Source: Octopus vulgaris (Eukaryota). Taken from it: DNA of 64,000 nt. The stretch lies in NCBI GenBank assembly GCA_951406725.2, contig OX597841.1, forward strand, positions 12,214,001 to 12,278,000. The letters are read 5' to 3'. The position numbers were made by a program, and so were the translations under genes. Positions 1 through 13,800 of this stretch are shown here, piece after piece. Numbering within the stretch: the stretch's first letter is position 1; each line of letters begins with the position of its first letter. The notes beneath the pieces are model-generated. The model was not told the DNA's origin. It saw nothing but the letters and a program-made list of their open reading frames with translations, and did not search any database.

Positions 1-136
1 CAAATCTTACTGTCTTAAAAAAATGATAACACAATCTTAGGTACACTATGCCTGAATAAAAGATGGAATGGTCATGGTTGGAATATGTGGAGGTGAGGGG
101 GAGGAGCAGCACAATATGAAAAATCTGAAAACTCAC

Positions 137-219
137 CAAACTAAGGCCTGTAGAAGATTTCTTCAGTTTATGCTCATAAAGGTTGGCAGATTCAAAAAAG
201 TTCTTCACACATGTAAACC
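137..219 (-). CDS. USP24: USP24 exon 19, 83 nt
   Basis: gctag|(G)FTCVKNFFESANLYEHKLKKSSTGLSL|gtgagt. Confidence 0.93.
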
Positions 220-3200
220 CTAGCAATTAAGACAAAGACAATGAGGTTCACACAATATATATTCACACACATACATGCATATAAATATAATACATACACA
301 CACAAACATATATGCAGACAAACAGATATTCACACACACATATATACATGCATATACACACACAATGTTCATTGAATTTAGTTCATGTGAAGTGGACTTC
401 ATATGTAGCACTCAATACATGCTACAAATTGGATTGTTTTTTTATTATTTCATTTAAGGAGAGGCAAACAGGAGGCTGTGGGGAAGAAGAAATAGATGGA
501 GCCCCATGAGGTAGCAGTGTTGATAGGGGATTCACCACTAGCTCACTGCAGCCCCGGGTGTTACAGGAAAACAATGAAGGCACCCTTAGGCCAGCAGTGT
601 TGATAGGGGATTCACACACTTGACATGGGGCAAAACTCAGCTGATGTCAAAAGCAACAACACTGGTTTCATCAGATCTCTCAAGGTCAAGCAGTGGATGA
701 AGTAGTAATGGATTTGAAACCATATTGCCAGGCAGCTATAATGAGACCACTTTCATTTCACAGTATCAGCCGATTATGCAACTCATCAGTATCAAGCCAT
801 CGTGTTATTCAACTTTCTAGAACTTTCTCACTGAGCCCTATATAAAGGTGGGGGTTTTTATTTTGGCAAACGTTGAGGCAGCTGCTTGACATCTCCAGTC
901 TCATGGCAATTAGAAAACACAGATTTTGTCATCCTGCATATAGCAGGACTATTTTTCCTGTTGTGAGGGCCCAACCACACATTGCTTATACACCAGTTAA
1001 ATTGACATAGATCCCAGTAGTATGTGTCTCCACACGAGTAATTGTGGTTGTTAGTTTTGGTCAAGAAACCAACACAGAAAATACCATGGGCAGTAAATAA
1101 ATCTGTTAATTGTGAGTGTCGTTAATTACTTCTACACGCAGTCCTGGAAAACACCACTTCACAACAAGGTTTTATAGGATCTGCAATGGTGGTTGTTTTA
1201 GCAGAAAGAAACGTGTAAGGTATTGGAGAAGGTTGTTGTTAATGGCTGATCCATCACATTTAAGATGTAGGAAGTGAGTGTGGTAGTAAGAGAATGGTCA
1301 GGGTGTTGGACCCCTTGTGAAACTGACCCACCGTAGAGAGAGATTGAAGAGTTTGGTGAAGAAAGACTCAGGCATGGAATGGCTGGTTCAAGTGTAAAGG
1401 AAGGCACATGATCAGGGCCTTTTTGTAGCAACCAGAGGTATTTTCATACTTGGCCCATATATGTATGTATATAAAGTGATGAATCCCTGAAGTGTTTGAG
1501 CAGATTTAGCTAATGTGCACAGGATGCAGGTGGATGCAAAAATGGCAGGTTTCCATCATGGGATTATAGTATTACATAACCATTATATTTTAGGGATGTA
1601 AGGAAAAAGGGATTCAGTAAAGATGGAGGATATCCTTAAAACAAAGAACCAAAATCTTGAGCTGTAGTTTGGGAGGTAGGAAAGAGTGTGAGCATTATGA
1701 GGCACACAAGCACCCATCACATTGCAGGAATCATGGTGCAGTTGTTATTGTAAAAAGTGCAGTTGTTATTGTAAAGGATGGAACAAGAAGGTCATCTGTT
1801 GTTAAACTGTTGAAAGAAACCTGAGGAATTCATTTTAATAGCAAACTGTAACCAACCCATTCAAACCGCAAGGAAAAGTTGGATAGTAAGAGAAATTAAA
1901 AAAAAGAAAAAGAAATTATTTGAACGAAAATTACTGACCTTTTTCACTGAGAACCGAAGGATCTAATTTGAGCAGTTCTTTCTGGAACAACTGGCTGACC
2001 GCTTCAGAGTCTAAATCCTCAATTCCACGACTGAACCATTCGTAACATGTCTAAAACAGAGAGCCAACAGTCAGACAAATTGGTCATATTTATTGCCAAT
2101 GGTTAGATATACATAGACATCAAGGAACTATCTACAACATTGTTCCATCAGTCAACATATGGAGAGAAGTTACGCTTCTAACAACCTTAACAATGGAATA
2201 AAGGGAAGTGGGGAACACTTACTGAGAGAAACAGTATCCAAGTCTCCCTCAAATCACACCTGACTATTTTATGTATGTAGACATGTGTGTATGAGCTAAT
2301 GAGGCACATGGCTCGGTGATTAGAGCATCGGGCTCACAATCATGAGGTAGTGAGTTCAATTCTCGGATTGGGCTCTGTGTTGTGTTCTTGAGCAAGACAC
2401 TTTATTTCACATTACTCCAGTTCACTCAGCTGTAGAAATGAGTCGTGACATCACAGGTGCCAAGCTGTATCGGCCCCTTTGCCTTTCCCTTGGATAACAT
2501 CAGTCATGTGGAGTTAGGATACTGGTATGCATGGGAGACTGCTGGTCTTTCGTAAACAACTTTGCTCACACTCGTGCCTTGGAGAGGAACTTTCCAGGAG
2601 CAATCCCATGGTCATTCATGACCGAAAGGGTCTTTCTGAGCTAATAAGGTAGACTTCTACTAAGGAGCTAGACTTGGTAGAAATAGCAGCTAAATCTCCC
2701 CCAAATTACAAAGCAATCAGACAGAATGAAAATCTTCATCATGCTGAAACAATGTTATAAAAACAGAAACAAGAATCGCTATAAAATACAATATTTGTGG
2801 AGGTGGTGCCAGTGGCTTGTGGGATTAAGAAAGAGGATGGGATTAAGAAAGAGGATGGGATTAAGAAAGAGGATGGGATTAATATGAGAAAGTCTAATAA
2901 TGTGACTGGAGATGGGTAACAAGAGACCTGTGGAGTGTTGAGGAATAATGAACAGGATATTTAGGGGACAGGGGAGATCTATGGGGTGTATTGTGTAATG
3001 GAGGGCATCAACTGATGTAATCACAAGAGCTGAATGTCTTGGAAGGGGTCATGTATAGGGAAAGGTTGTCATGGAAACAGAGTGATTAATGAGAGAAAAA
3101 GGAACAAAAGAGTATGGGAGGAAGGGAACTGGTGGCATAAGATGTGAAAATGCTAGTAAAGGAGGGGGATGGCCCCTAGAGGTCACTCTGGCAGAGCTGA

Positions 3201-6200
3201 CCTCAAAGAGGTTATGGACACAACAGAAAATGGGGTGGGGTTAGAGAATTCTATGTTTGTAGGACACACAAAGCAAACAACAACAACTCACCTCCTTGTC
3301 CCAATCACAAGCCTCCACATTAGCAACCAAAGTACTCCAAATTTCCCGAGCTCGGTTCCAAGTTAAAGTCTGAATACCGACTTGAAGAATATACTGCAGG
3401 AAGTTCAGATGAGTTGACACATACTGGAGAGGAAGAGAGAGAGAGATCAGCATCATATTCATCATTGTCGTCATTTAATGTCTGTTTCCCAGTCTGGCAT
3501 GGGTTGGATGGGTTGATAGGAGCTGGAAGGCCTAAGAGCAACACTAGGCCCTAATTGTCTGTTTGGCAGGGTTTCTTCAGTTGGATGCCCTTCCTAACGC
3601 TAACCACTTTACAGAGTGGCACTGGGTGCTTTTTAGGTGGCACCAGATAGTTATATTAGGTTGTCTAGAAAGTTCTGAGCGTTTTTAAACTAAATCTTGT
3701 AACACTCCATTGAACACACCTGAAACTTAACACAGGTAAAACCTTGCCATTGCTTGAAGTGGTAGTGCATCACTTCTTTGTTCCTAACTAAAAATAGATT
3801 CATTTTTCATTCCGGTTACCCTTTTTTGATATTTGAAATGGAGAACCAAAAATTTCATATTCACGTTTAAATGCTTTTCTTTTTTAAAAAAAAGGAGAAA
3901 ATGTTGTAAAGACTTGCAAAAACATTTGTGAAGTTTCCAGTGATGATGTTGTGGGTGAATCAATTGTTTGAAGATGTTTGCAAAATTTAAAGCTGGAAAG
4001 TTTAACTTGGAAGTTAACAGTTGCAGTGGAAGACCTTCAAAATGTGGTGGAAAAAGGAAACTTAAATATGACAACTAGAGAACCTGCAGGGGAGTTGGAA
4101 GTTTCTAGAAGTATGGTTCATGAATTATATCCCTTTTTATATATTAAAAACTGCTCAGAACTTTCCGGACAACTTAATATTATTAAAACTATGATTAGCT
4201 GAAGCAAATAATTGAAACTGTTGAATAAGGTCAACCATTACAATTTGGCATTGGTCCTAAAATTGGTTTCAGACTGGAATGCAATAATATATAAAGGCAG
4301 AGTGAAAGGCCATGACTCAAAACTGTTTTGTATTGTGTGCTAAGTCCATCAGGGCTGTCCTTTCTGTCTCCCTTATGTGCAACTTAACATTTGAAGAAGC
4401 AAGTTCTGTGCCACAGAACAGTGTCGAAAAGGGAGTCACTAGAAAGATGGACCTGTCAAACTGTTCGGTGTCTGGATCAGTCTAGACCTGGAGATAGACA
4501 AGAACTAGCATATGGCTACAAGCAGTGAGACCAACTTTACTCAGAAATGGTTTGAGAAGAAGTTGTCCCTGAAATATTCAACTGAGGAAGAAAACAGCCA
4601 TGTTGTTTCTATTCTAATTGACTACTTGTCATGCTGTAATCCAGGTCCTACTCGACTAGATGGAGTATCTCTTGTTGTTTCCTGTGGAAGAGGAGTAAAG
4701 ATGTGTTTCACAAGTCAGGCAGACCATCTGTGGCCAGCACTCTTTGGACAGGGGACACAGCATGAGGTGGCCGTTTACATGCAGACATGTACTGCAGCTA
4801 CACCACCAGTACAGATTCCTGAATGGTAAACAGGTAGAGTCTCTGTTTGTAAGGCATACGTTTCACCAGCTCATCTCTTTGATGAAGCTGCTGTCCTGGT
4901 TAAAAAAACAAGATGAGAAGGAACTTAATATTTGAGAATACAAGTACTGACTGGGCAATGACAGCAATGGGAGTTCTATTTTTGCATTATATACAGAACT
5001 TGCAGTGAATAAGAGCAATGGCTGTCTTGGAGACACTTTAGGTATTGATGAGGACAAAATGATTGGTCTATCGCAAAGGACTTTTGGACCAAGGACTACC
5101 ATGGATAATTTCCAGCAATCCTTGACCTGGTAACACAATGCTACCAGTTCAAAATAAGCTCTATAGGCATTGAAGTGCTGCCACATGGGACTGTTGGAGA
5201 AGGACACAGAGAGACAAAATGATATTGCATACATTTGTTCAGTATCTGAGCATTGCTGAGATGAGGAGTTATGTCAAAAAGCTGGTGCAGACCCACCTAT
5301 TAGGTGAGTCCACTTTGAAGATCCCACCGACCTTCATTAACGAGACTGGACTGGCAGTTTTCCTCTGATAAATATGGTAAATAAAAGGTCATGTAGTAGA
5401 AAAAACTGAAAGAATTGAGGACAGACACCTTCTTCAGTCATGTTTTCATTCGACTTTATTTTTAAATTTCACATGGAAAGGAAAGGGAAGAACTCTTCCC
5501 CAGCAAATTTATCATAAGCTGGGGAGCTGTGGCAAAAATGCTAAGGGCAAATGAACCAACCCTAAAGGTGCAACAGATTGGAGGACAACACTTAGATAGG
5601 GGCATGTACCCTTAATGGTCAGAGTGATCCTAGATTGGCCCTAATAGGAGGTACAGGAAGACTGCATCACCCATGAAGTCACATATTTTGTACAGTTTGT
5701 ATCTCATCTTTCCCCACTCACTTGATTTTTCATGTTAACCCCCACAAAAACTGTAACCTGCCTTTTTAAATGTGCCCCTTCATGCAAAATGAAATTATTA
5801 TTCCCTCCTCCTCCATTTCTTTTCTGGATAACAATGCTGAGTGACATTCTGTACGACTTTACATTCTGAGTTCAAATTCTGTTACAGTCGACTCTGCCTT
5901 TCATCCTTACAGGAGTCGATAAAATAAGTGCCAATGGAGCACTGGGGTCGATATAATTAACTTACCACCTCCCACCAAATTTCAGGCTTTGTGCCTATAG
6001 TAGAAAGGATTATTATTATTATTACTATTATTATTAAGGTGGCAAGCTGGCAGAATCGTTAGCATGCTGGACAAAATGTTTAGCAATAATTTAACTGTCA
6101 CTACATTCAGAGTTTAAATTCCATCAAGGTCAACTTTGCCTTTCAACGTTTCGGGGTCGATAAATTAAGTACCAGTGAAACAGTGGGGTCAGTATAATCG

Positions 6201-6718
6201 ACTCATCCCCTCCAGGGTTAATAGAATAAAGTACTAGTCAAATACTAGGGTTATCTAAGCCCCTATAAAGGGTGATGGGCACTGCCTTCTCTACCCAGAA
6301 TCCAAAAAGAACAGAGTAATGAAATACCTCAGAGTGTGTATAGCGACCATCAACTATAGCGGCAGGGTTCAAGTTACCATCAAAACTTGCTGCCATCTTG
6401 TGGCATTTTAATAAACTTCCAGTCACTAATTTAACAACATCTTGATTGCGATTGAGTTCATAAAGGATGCCCTGAAAACAGAAAATAACAAAAAGGTCTT
6501 GGATTGGGTTTCCTTCTTCTTTTATGGAAATAATGGGGCAGAGGGTAAATTCAGAATTATTGTTGCAGTATAAAGTTATACAGAACACACATATATGTGT
6601 ATGAAAACCCACTAGAATGGGAGCAAGCGCTAATCCGAATGATATGATATATATGTAAAAAATGTAATATATAAATAAATATCTACAAATATGAACCATC
6701 TGATCTGATTACCTCAAT

Positions 6719-6780
<62 letters not shown>

Positions 6781-9700
6781 CGTATTAAATTAAGAGAAGA
6801 AAATGGAGAGTTAGTGGTTAATATTTATTTATTAATAAATTGATAATCATTTCTTCCTACAGCTGTTTCCTCTAACTTATATATATACTCCTATATATAT
6901 ATATATACATACTAGGCCTCGAAACCGGTTAAAACCAGTTTTATATTATGATCAGTAAAACCAAAATTGATTTGCCAAAACCGATTTTAAGGCTTGCTGT
7001 TTTGGATCTTTTCAATAAAAGATGTTTTATGTAACACATTCTACCAGTATACGGAGTTTAAAAGTGTTTAGTTACAAATAACTATTTTTTAAATGTGCCG
7101 GTCAAAGTGAAAAGATCCGCTCTTTCTTTCTTTTTTTTTTTTTTTGCAAAACATTTCTCCATTTTTTCTTTTCAAGAAATATCGTTGAAACTGAACTAAC
7201 TGAACTGTTGTTGGTCGCCTTTAGTTGAGAGTGCTGTCTGTTTCATTGAAACATATCGCAACATATCAATTCTCACCTTCTTTCCCCTTGAACCTTAGAT
7301 CAGCACCTTGTCATCTCCTTCGCTAACCCCTGGCTGACTCTTTGAATTTGCAGGTAACTGATTTTATTCATAGCAAGTCAAGGGATGCTGTTAGTCTTCA
7401 GTCGGGTGATCTTTCCCATTGAGCATATGTAATAACCAGTTCCAGATTCATTTCAAGGAAGTAACACTAAATTTTTTGATACAAAAAATGTAGAGATCGC
7501 TATAACAGACGACAGTGATCGCCATAACAGACGATAGTGATGATGAAGCTGACATAAGCCAACAAGACATACTTTGTCAAACAGATTGGTCACGAAAATG
7601 CTTGTTTTCCCCAGCTAAAACCTGAATTTAACAAAGTTTTAAATAAGGTAAGAAAAATTTCAAAACTTTTCTGTAAATCTCCTACAAAAAATGAAATTTT
7701 GCAAGATTTTGTATGAGCGAACTTTGATAACAGAGAATATAAACTTATACTGGATTGCAGAACTTGGTGGAATTGCACACATTCCATATAATTGAGAGAT
7801 TTTTGGAACTGAAAAGCTGCATTCCAAATGCTTTACGAGCAGAACTTTCCATAGATGCCGTCACTGACGAAGAATGGAAATCTCTCAATTTACCTATATG
7901 AAATTCTGCATTCAGTAGAAATTATTTTGAAGGCTATTTGCGCTGATGATACGGGTTTACTGAAAGTGGAATATTCTATAGAATTTTTATTGAATAAACT
8001 TAATATCGTCAGCAACCCTTTGGCTCTAAATCTTCGTGAAAGACTTATGCATAGATATAATAAGAGAAGAAATGTCGAAACCTTGACTCTCTTGAGGTAT
8101 TTACATAACCCAAGGAAATTTAAAGGTGAGTCAATTTCTGGACCTTTTCTATTTTTTAACGAAACAACATTTAAGGAAGTATGCTGAACAAACATATAGG
8201 AGATTATTTCCTGAACATGATGCTGAGAACACAACAGAATTATAGAAAGAAAATGAAATAGGAGGGAACCTAAAAACAAGTGTTACTGTTGCTCCATCTA
8301 CTTATGAAGGTACTGGACTCATTCGTGAATAAAACAAGCGCAATGAAGAAAATGAATGAAGAGCCCAAGATGGTAACAGATGGATTTGAAATCTCTAAAG
8401 AATTCGGATACTATTTAAAAAGAGTGGTCCCAGTGCGCGCACTCATGTACTCACGCTAGCTAGTCGTGACTAGTCGATCCAACGACTACCTAGTAAATAA
8501 AACAAAATAAATAATTTTTTTAGACAAAGTAAATAATTTTTTAAAAACAAAGTAAATAAAACACAAAAACACAAAGTAAGGATCGACTAGTCACGACTAG
8601 CTAGCGCGGATGCGCGAGTACGTGCACCGGGACCACTCTTCTTAAATAGTACCCGAATTCTTTAGAGATTTCTTAAGTAGTACCCGCGAAAACCGGTTTT
8701 GAGAATTACTTATACTTGAACTCGGTTTTGAGAATTATCAGTTTTTTGCGAGCCCTAATACATACACACACATCCATCTGCACATATATACATCCATCCA
8801 TACACACACACAACTCTTCATTCTGCCCTGGCACACAGCTTTAACCAAAAAATATTTCACTTACTTTGTCTGATTTGTTGAGATTCTGCTTGGAAATATT
8901 TTTACATAGATGCAGCAACTGTTTCAGGGCTGGCAACACCCAGGCACCCTGAAATACCAAATACACACAGACATCATCACAACCCAATGACCATACATCA
9001 TAACAGGCAGTTATAGGCACTAACTGAAGAGATGGCAGCAAGGGTTTCTGCCCCGACATCTGAAACTCAGAGTTTTATCATGGCTACCGAATAATTGTCA
9101 CATATTATATTTACAGATAAATTCCTCTATTTACATAATATCGAGGTCTCTTTTATTCTTTTGTTGTCTTACTATTTCTCAGGTGTGGAAGCAAGGATTA
9201 GAATCGAAGGGACTTAGAGTCAACCTAGCTAAAACCAAAGTCCTAATAAGTAGGAAGGTAGACAAATCACAAACGCCTTCAGGTAGATGGCCCTGCTCAA
9301 TCTGTAGAAAAGGCGTAGGTAGAAACTCTATAAGATGCACCAAGTGTAAGCTATGGACACATAAGAGGTGCAGCAATGTCAAAGGAAGGCTAACTAGGAA
9401 GATAGTTTTTGTATGTGGCAGATGCTCAGGAGCAATAAACACTGAAAATGCGCAGAGACCAACTTCCGCCACATTCCAGGGAAAAAAACTAGAAATAGTT
9501 GATAGCTTCTGTTACCTAGGTGACCAAGTCAGTAGCGGGGGTGGGTGTGCTGAAAGTGTAACAGTTAGAGTAAGAATAGCTTGGGCAAAGTTCAGAGAGC
9601 TCTTACCTCTGCTGGTGACAAAAGGCCTCTCGCTCAGAGTAAAAGGCAGACTGTATGACGCATGTGTACGAACAGCCATGCTACATGGCAGTGAAACATG

Positions 9701-10797
9701 GGCTGTGAATGCTGAGGATATGCGTAAGCTCGCAAGAAATGAAGCCAGTATGCTCCAATGGATGTGTAATGTCAGTGTTCATACTCGACAGAGTGCAAGT
9801 ACCTTGAGAGAAAAGTTGGACCTAAGAAGCATCAGTTGTGGTGTGCAAGAGAGACGTTTGCGCTGGTATGGTCATGTGGCGAGAATGGATGAAGATAGTT
9901 GTGTGAAAAAGTGCCACACCCTAGCGGTTGAGGGTACCTGTAGAAGTGGTAGACCCAGGAAAACCTGGGACGAGGTGGTGAAGCACGACCTTCAAACTTT
10001 AGGTCTCACCGAGGAAATGACTAGAGACCAAGACCTTTGGAAGTATGCTGTGCATGAGAAGACCCGGCAGGACAAGTGAGACCATAACCATGGCCTCTAC
10101 CTGGGATGTAGCCAGTCCACTTATGCATACCTTTCTTTCTTGGGATACAAAACTCTATTTGTGAAGACCTGTTGAGGAAAGTGAAAATCAAAATCAAAAT
10201 TGATCAACATCAATGGAAATTGTAGCTGTGATACCAGTGCCGGTGGCACATAATTGATCCATCCGAACGTGGCCGTTGCCAGCGCTGCTTTGACTGGCCT
10301 CCGTGCTGGTGGCACGTAAAAAGCACCATCCGACCGTGGCTGTTTGCCAGCTTCATCTGGCACCTGTGCAGGTGGCACGTAAAAAGGACCCACTACACTC
10401 ACGGAGTGGTTGGTGTTAGGAAGGGCATCCAGCCGTAGAAACATTGCCAGATCAGACTGGGCCCGGTGCAGCCTTCTGGCTTCCCAGACCCCAGTTGAAC
10501 CGTCCAACCCATGCTAGCATGGAAAGCGGACGTTAAACGATGATGATGATGATGATATATATATATACTTTTATTCTTTTACATGTTAAAGCCATTTGAC
10601 TGCAGCTATGATGGAACATCACCTGAAAGGGTTTTAGTTGAACAAATCAACAAACCCCAGGACTTATTCTTTGTAAGTCTAGTATTTATTCTATCGGTTA
10701 CTTTTGCTGAACTGCTACATTACAGTGATGTAAACACACCAACATTGGTTGTCAAGCAATGGTGGGGATACAAATAGACACAAAGACACACAAATAA

Positions 10798-10846
<49 letters not shown>

Positions 10847-13800
10847 TATACATATATACGACAGGCTTCTTTCAGTTTCCGTCTACCAAACCCACTCACA
10901 AGGTTTTGGCCAGCCTGAGGCTATAGTAGATGACACTTGCCCAAGATGCCACACAGTGGGACTGAACCCAGATCCATATTTGGAAAGTAAGCTTCTCACC
11001 ACACCACCATGCCTGTGCCTATAAATATAAAAATGACAGGCTTACAGTTTCCATCTCCCAAGGCAGTTGTTGGCCCTGGGTCCAAGGTGTCTTGCAGAGG
11101 GATTGAACATGATACCATGCTTTTGTGAACATTTAACCCTTTTATGGTTCACGGTGCAATGGTTCACGGTGCAATATGTACTTAAGACAAAATATCCCCT
11201 TTAATCATGTTCCAAACTAAATCTAGAGGAAGGTGCAACACACATGGCAGGTTTCTGAGGCCAAAGACATTCACATTTTGAAGAAGAGACATGTGCAGGG
11301 AGAGAATTCCAGAGGGATAATACTTTAGGGAAGAAGGACTGTGAACAGTGGTTAGTCTTGGATCAGTGGGTAAGGTTAATAGCACAAGTGATAGAAAGAA
11401 GAGAAAAGAATGAATGGCAAGGAAGAGAGGGGACAGTGTAAATATGACCCCAGACCAGCTCCCTGTAAGGAACAGAGACCAGAAGAGTAGCAGTAGAAAG
11501 GGGAAAAGGAAATGATGATGATGGTGATGGATAGTGTAAGGGCCTTCTAAACTACACAGCTACATACATAGGTAGGGTTTGATCCTACAATATCCTGGTG
11601 TAAATTTATACATACCTTCTTAATGTCTTCCACACACTTCATCACATAATGTCGCTTCACTTGTTCCTTGACGATGTAAGAATCACTGAGAATGAGCAGG
11701 TGCTCGTTAAGAGCTTGTTCTATGAGGTGGGTAGAAAGGGCAGGTAGGTGAGACAGGTCCCACAACAACTCTAACACCTGAAAGCAACAACATTAGAGAA
11801 ACATAAACAAAATGCATTTTATGTTGGGTTTGTGGTGAGGGTGAGGTGGTGTGATGGTGGGTGGAGGTGTGTGACAGTGAGAGCATTCGTGTGTTATGTG
11901 TAACCCTTATTTAGTGCACCTAGTCAAGACTGAGCCCAAAAGCCACTGTCACCACCCTAAGATCTGAAGGTCTCCCACAATTCATAACTCAAATCTCTGG
12001 AGATAATTAGAAATGAGTTTTGTGAAGTTTCCCATCAAGTCACTGACGTCTTCAAACAACAAATGCTGACCATTAGCCCACCTCTTGCTCAAAATCAGAG
12101 CCCATAAAATTGCTCCCTACATTACTTCGCTGTGAGATCAAATTGTTTTAGTGTTTCCTACAAAAGATTTTGTCCATTTTGTAGAAGCAAACCATAACAA
12201 CCATTTCATTATTAATCGAAGCCTCTTAAATAGTGTCCCTGCAGGTGAGGACACACAAGAACAACTGAAATATTTGCATTAGAAAGGATCAGCTTCAATC
12301 AAATGTCCAAATAATGGTTGTTTTCTTATAAACTAACCACATTTGTTGACATCCAGGTGAGAAAAGGCTTTTCTTCACCCTCATCACATATAAACCAAAG
12401 CATTTAAAACTCCTGTACAAAGTGTAAAATATTATCCCACACTCCGAAGCCTTGTTCATCCCTCACTATATTCAACCCTAACCCCATAGTCTCTGTTACT
12501 CCCCATTCACACTCTCATTCCCTTCCATGATCCACCGTCATCTCTTACAATCACCTTCCTGTTCCTTGTTCTTTGACAGTTTGCTCCAACACCCAATCGC
12601 TACCTTCCTCTCATCTCCGTCAGCCATTATTTCCCCCTTATAACATGATACCTGTGCTTGCCTTTCTATCATACCTCGTTAGCCTTTTGACACCTGGCAT
12701 TCAGTCATCTACCTCCACCTTCCCCTCTGCAATTCTTCCTCTTTGTACGGGGAGCAGTTTTCCCTTTCCTTATTCTATTGGTCTCTTTGGTCAAATCAAG
12801 TTAGAGATATAAACAAACCAACACCAGCTGTCAAGTGGTGATGGAGAGAAAAACACAAAGACACACACAGATATGTATATATATCTCTATACATATAAAA
12901 CTGAGAATGTGTGTCTGTCTGTCTGTCTGTGTGTTTCCCTAAAACTTGAGAACTACACAACCAATTTCATTCAAATTTTACACATGCCTTACTTAGGGTC
13001 CATGTAGTTTCATGGGAAAAAAAATGTTCAACTTCTTACCTAGAGCAAGCCCATAGCAATATCATATCATCTCCACTATTTCAGTATTACGTGTTAAAAG
13101 TGAAACAAAAACATTTCTCTATTTTATGTCAGATGCATTCACTTTAACAATAAAAATAATAACAATTGAATTATATGTAGTAAGTAATAATTAAAATCAA
13201 ACTAAAGTATAATATTATCGTAACATAACAAAAGTAAAAATAGCAATTGGTATAAAATTGCATCAATGACTTGAACTTGAATCAGTGGTTTCACATGAAT
13301 GGGAATAAATAAAAAATAAAATGAAGGTGTGCACGGCTTTTACATTAGATTATTTGCTAATTAGCTAGCATTAAGTATCTATATGAAGTTTGGCTGTATG
13401 TAATGTCTATTTTCTAGAAAGATGCTTCTACTGAGTACCGCTGTTGGTTTATTTCTGATCCATAAAAGCCTATAGCTTCAACAGAGTACTGCTTTTGGTT
13501 TACTGTAAGGTTTGTTGTTATTATTATTTCTGTTTAACTATTGTTATCACGTTTGTTGGTTCCTCGTAAGGGAAGCGTTGTTGTGTTGCATTTGTTAAAT
13601 AATTGTAAACCGTAATCCTCCCCCTTTGGGAGAAGGAGCTTTGGTTATTGTTTAAAAATTGAATTGTGTCCCTGTTTGGGGAAATTGACAATATTTTCAG
13701 TTTACACGGAAGCATTTTTGTTAAAATGTCTTCGATAGAAGAAAGTACAAAAATGAATTTCGCTGCAGCCATGGGCGGGCGGCGAACTCATTAAAATTGA

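Noticed and set aside
655-715. Faint 5S rRNA-like stretch
   Set aside because: Too short and too diverged to call an rRNA or SINE3 head.
780-1870. Possible Penelope GIY-YIG remnant
   Set aside because: Only a vague C-G-x-T-Y pattern; too decayed to support without a profile search.
9183-10079. Host gene from the 298-aa ORF (also the 366-aa ORF at 41632-42732)
   Set aside because: These are 5'-truncated RTE reverse transcriptase frames without a true start.
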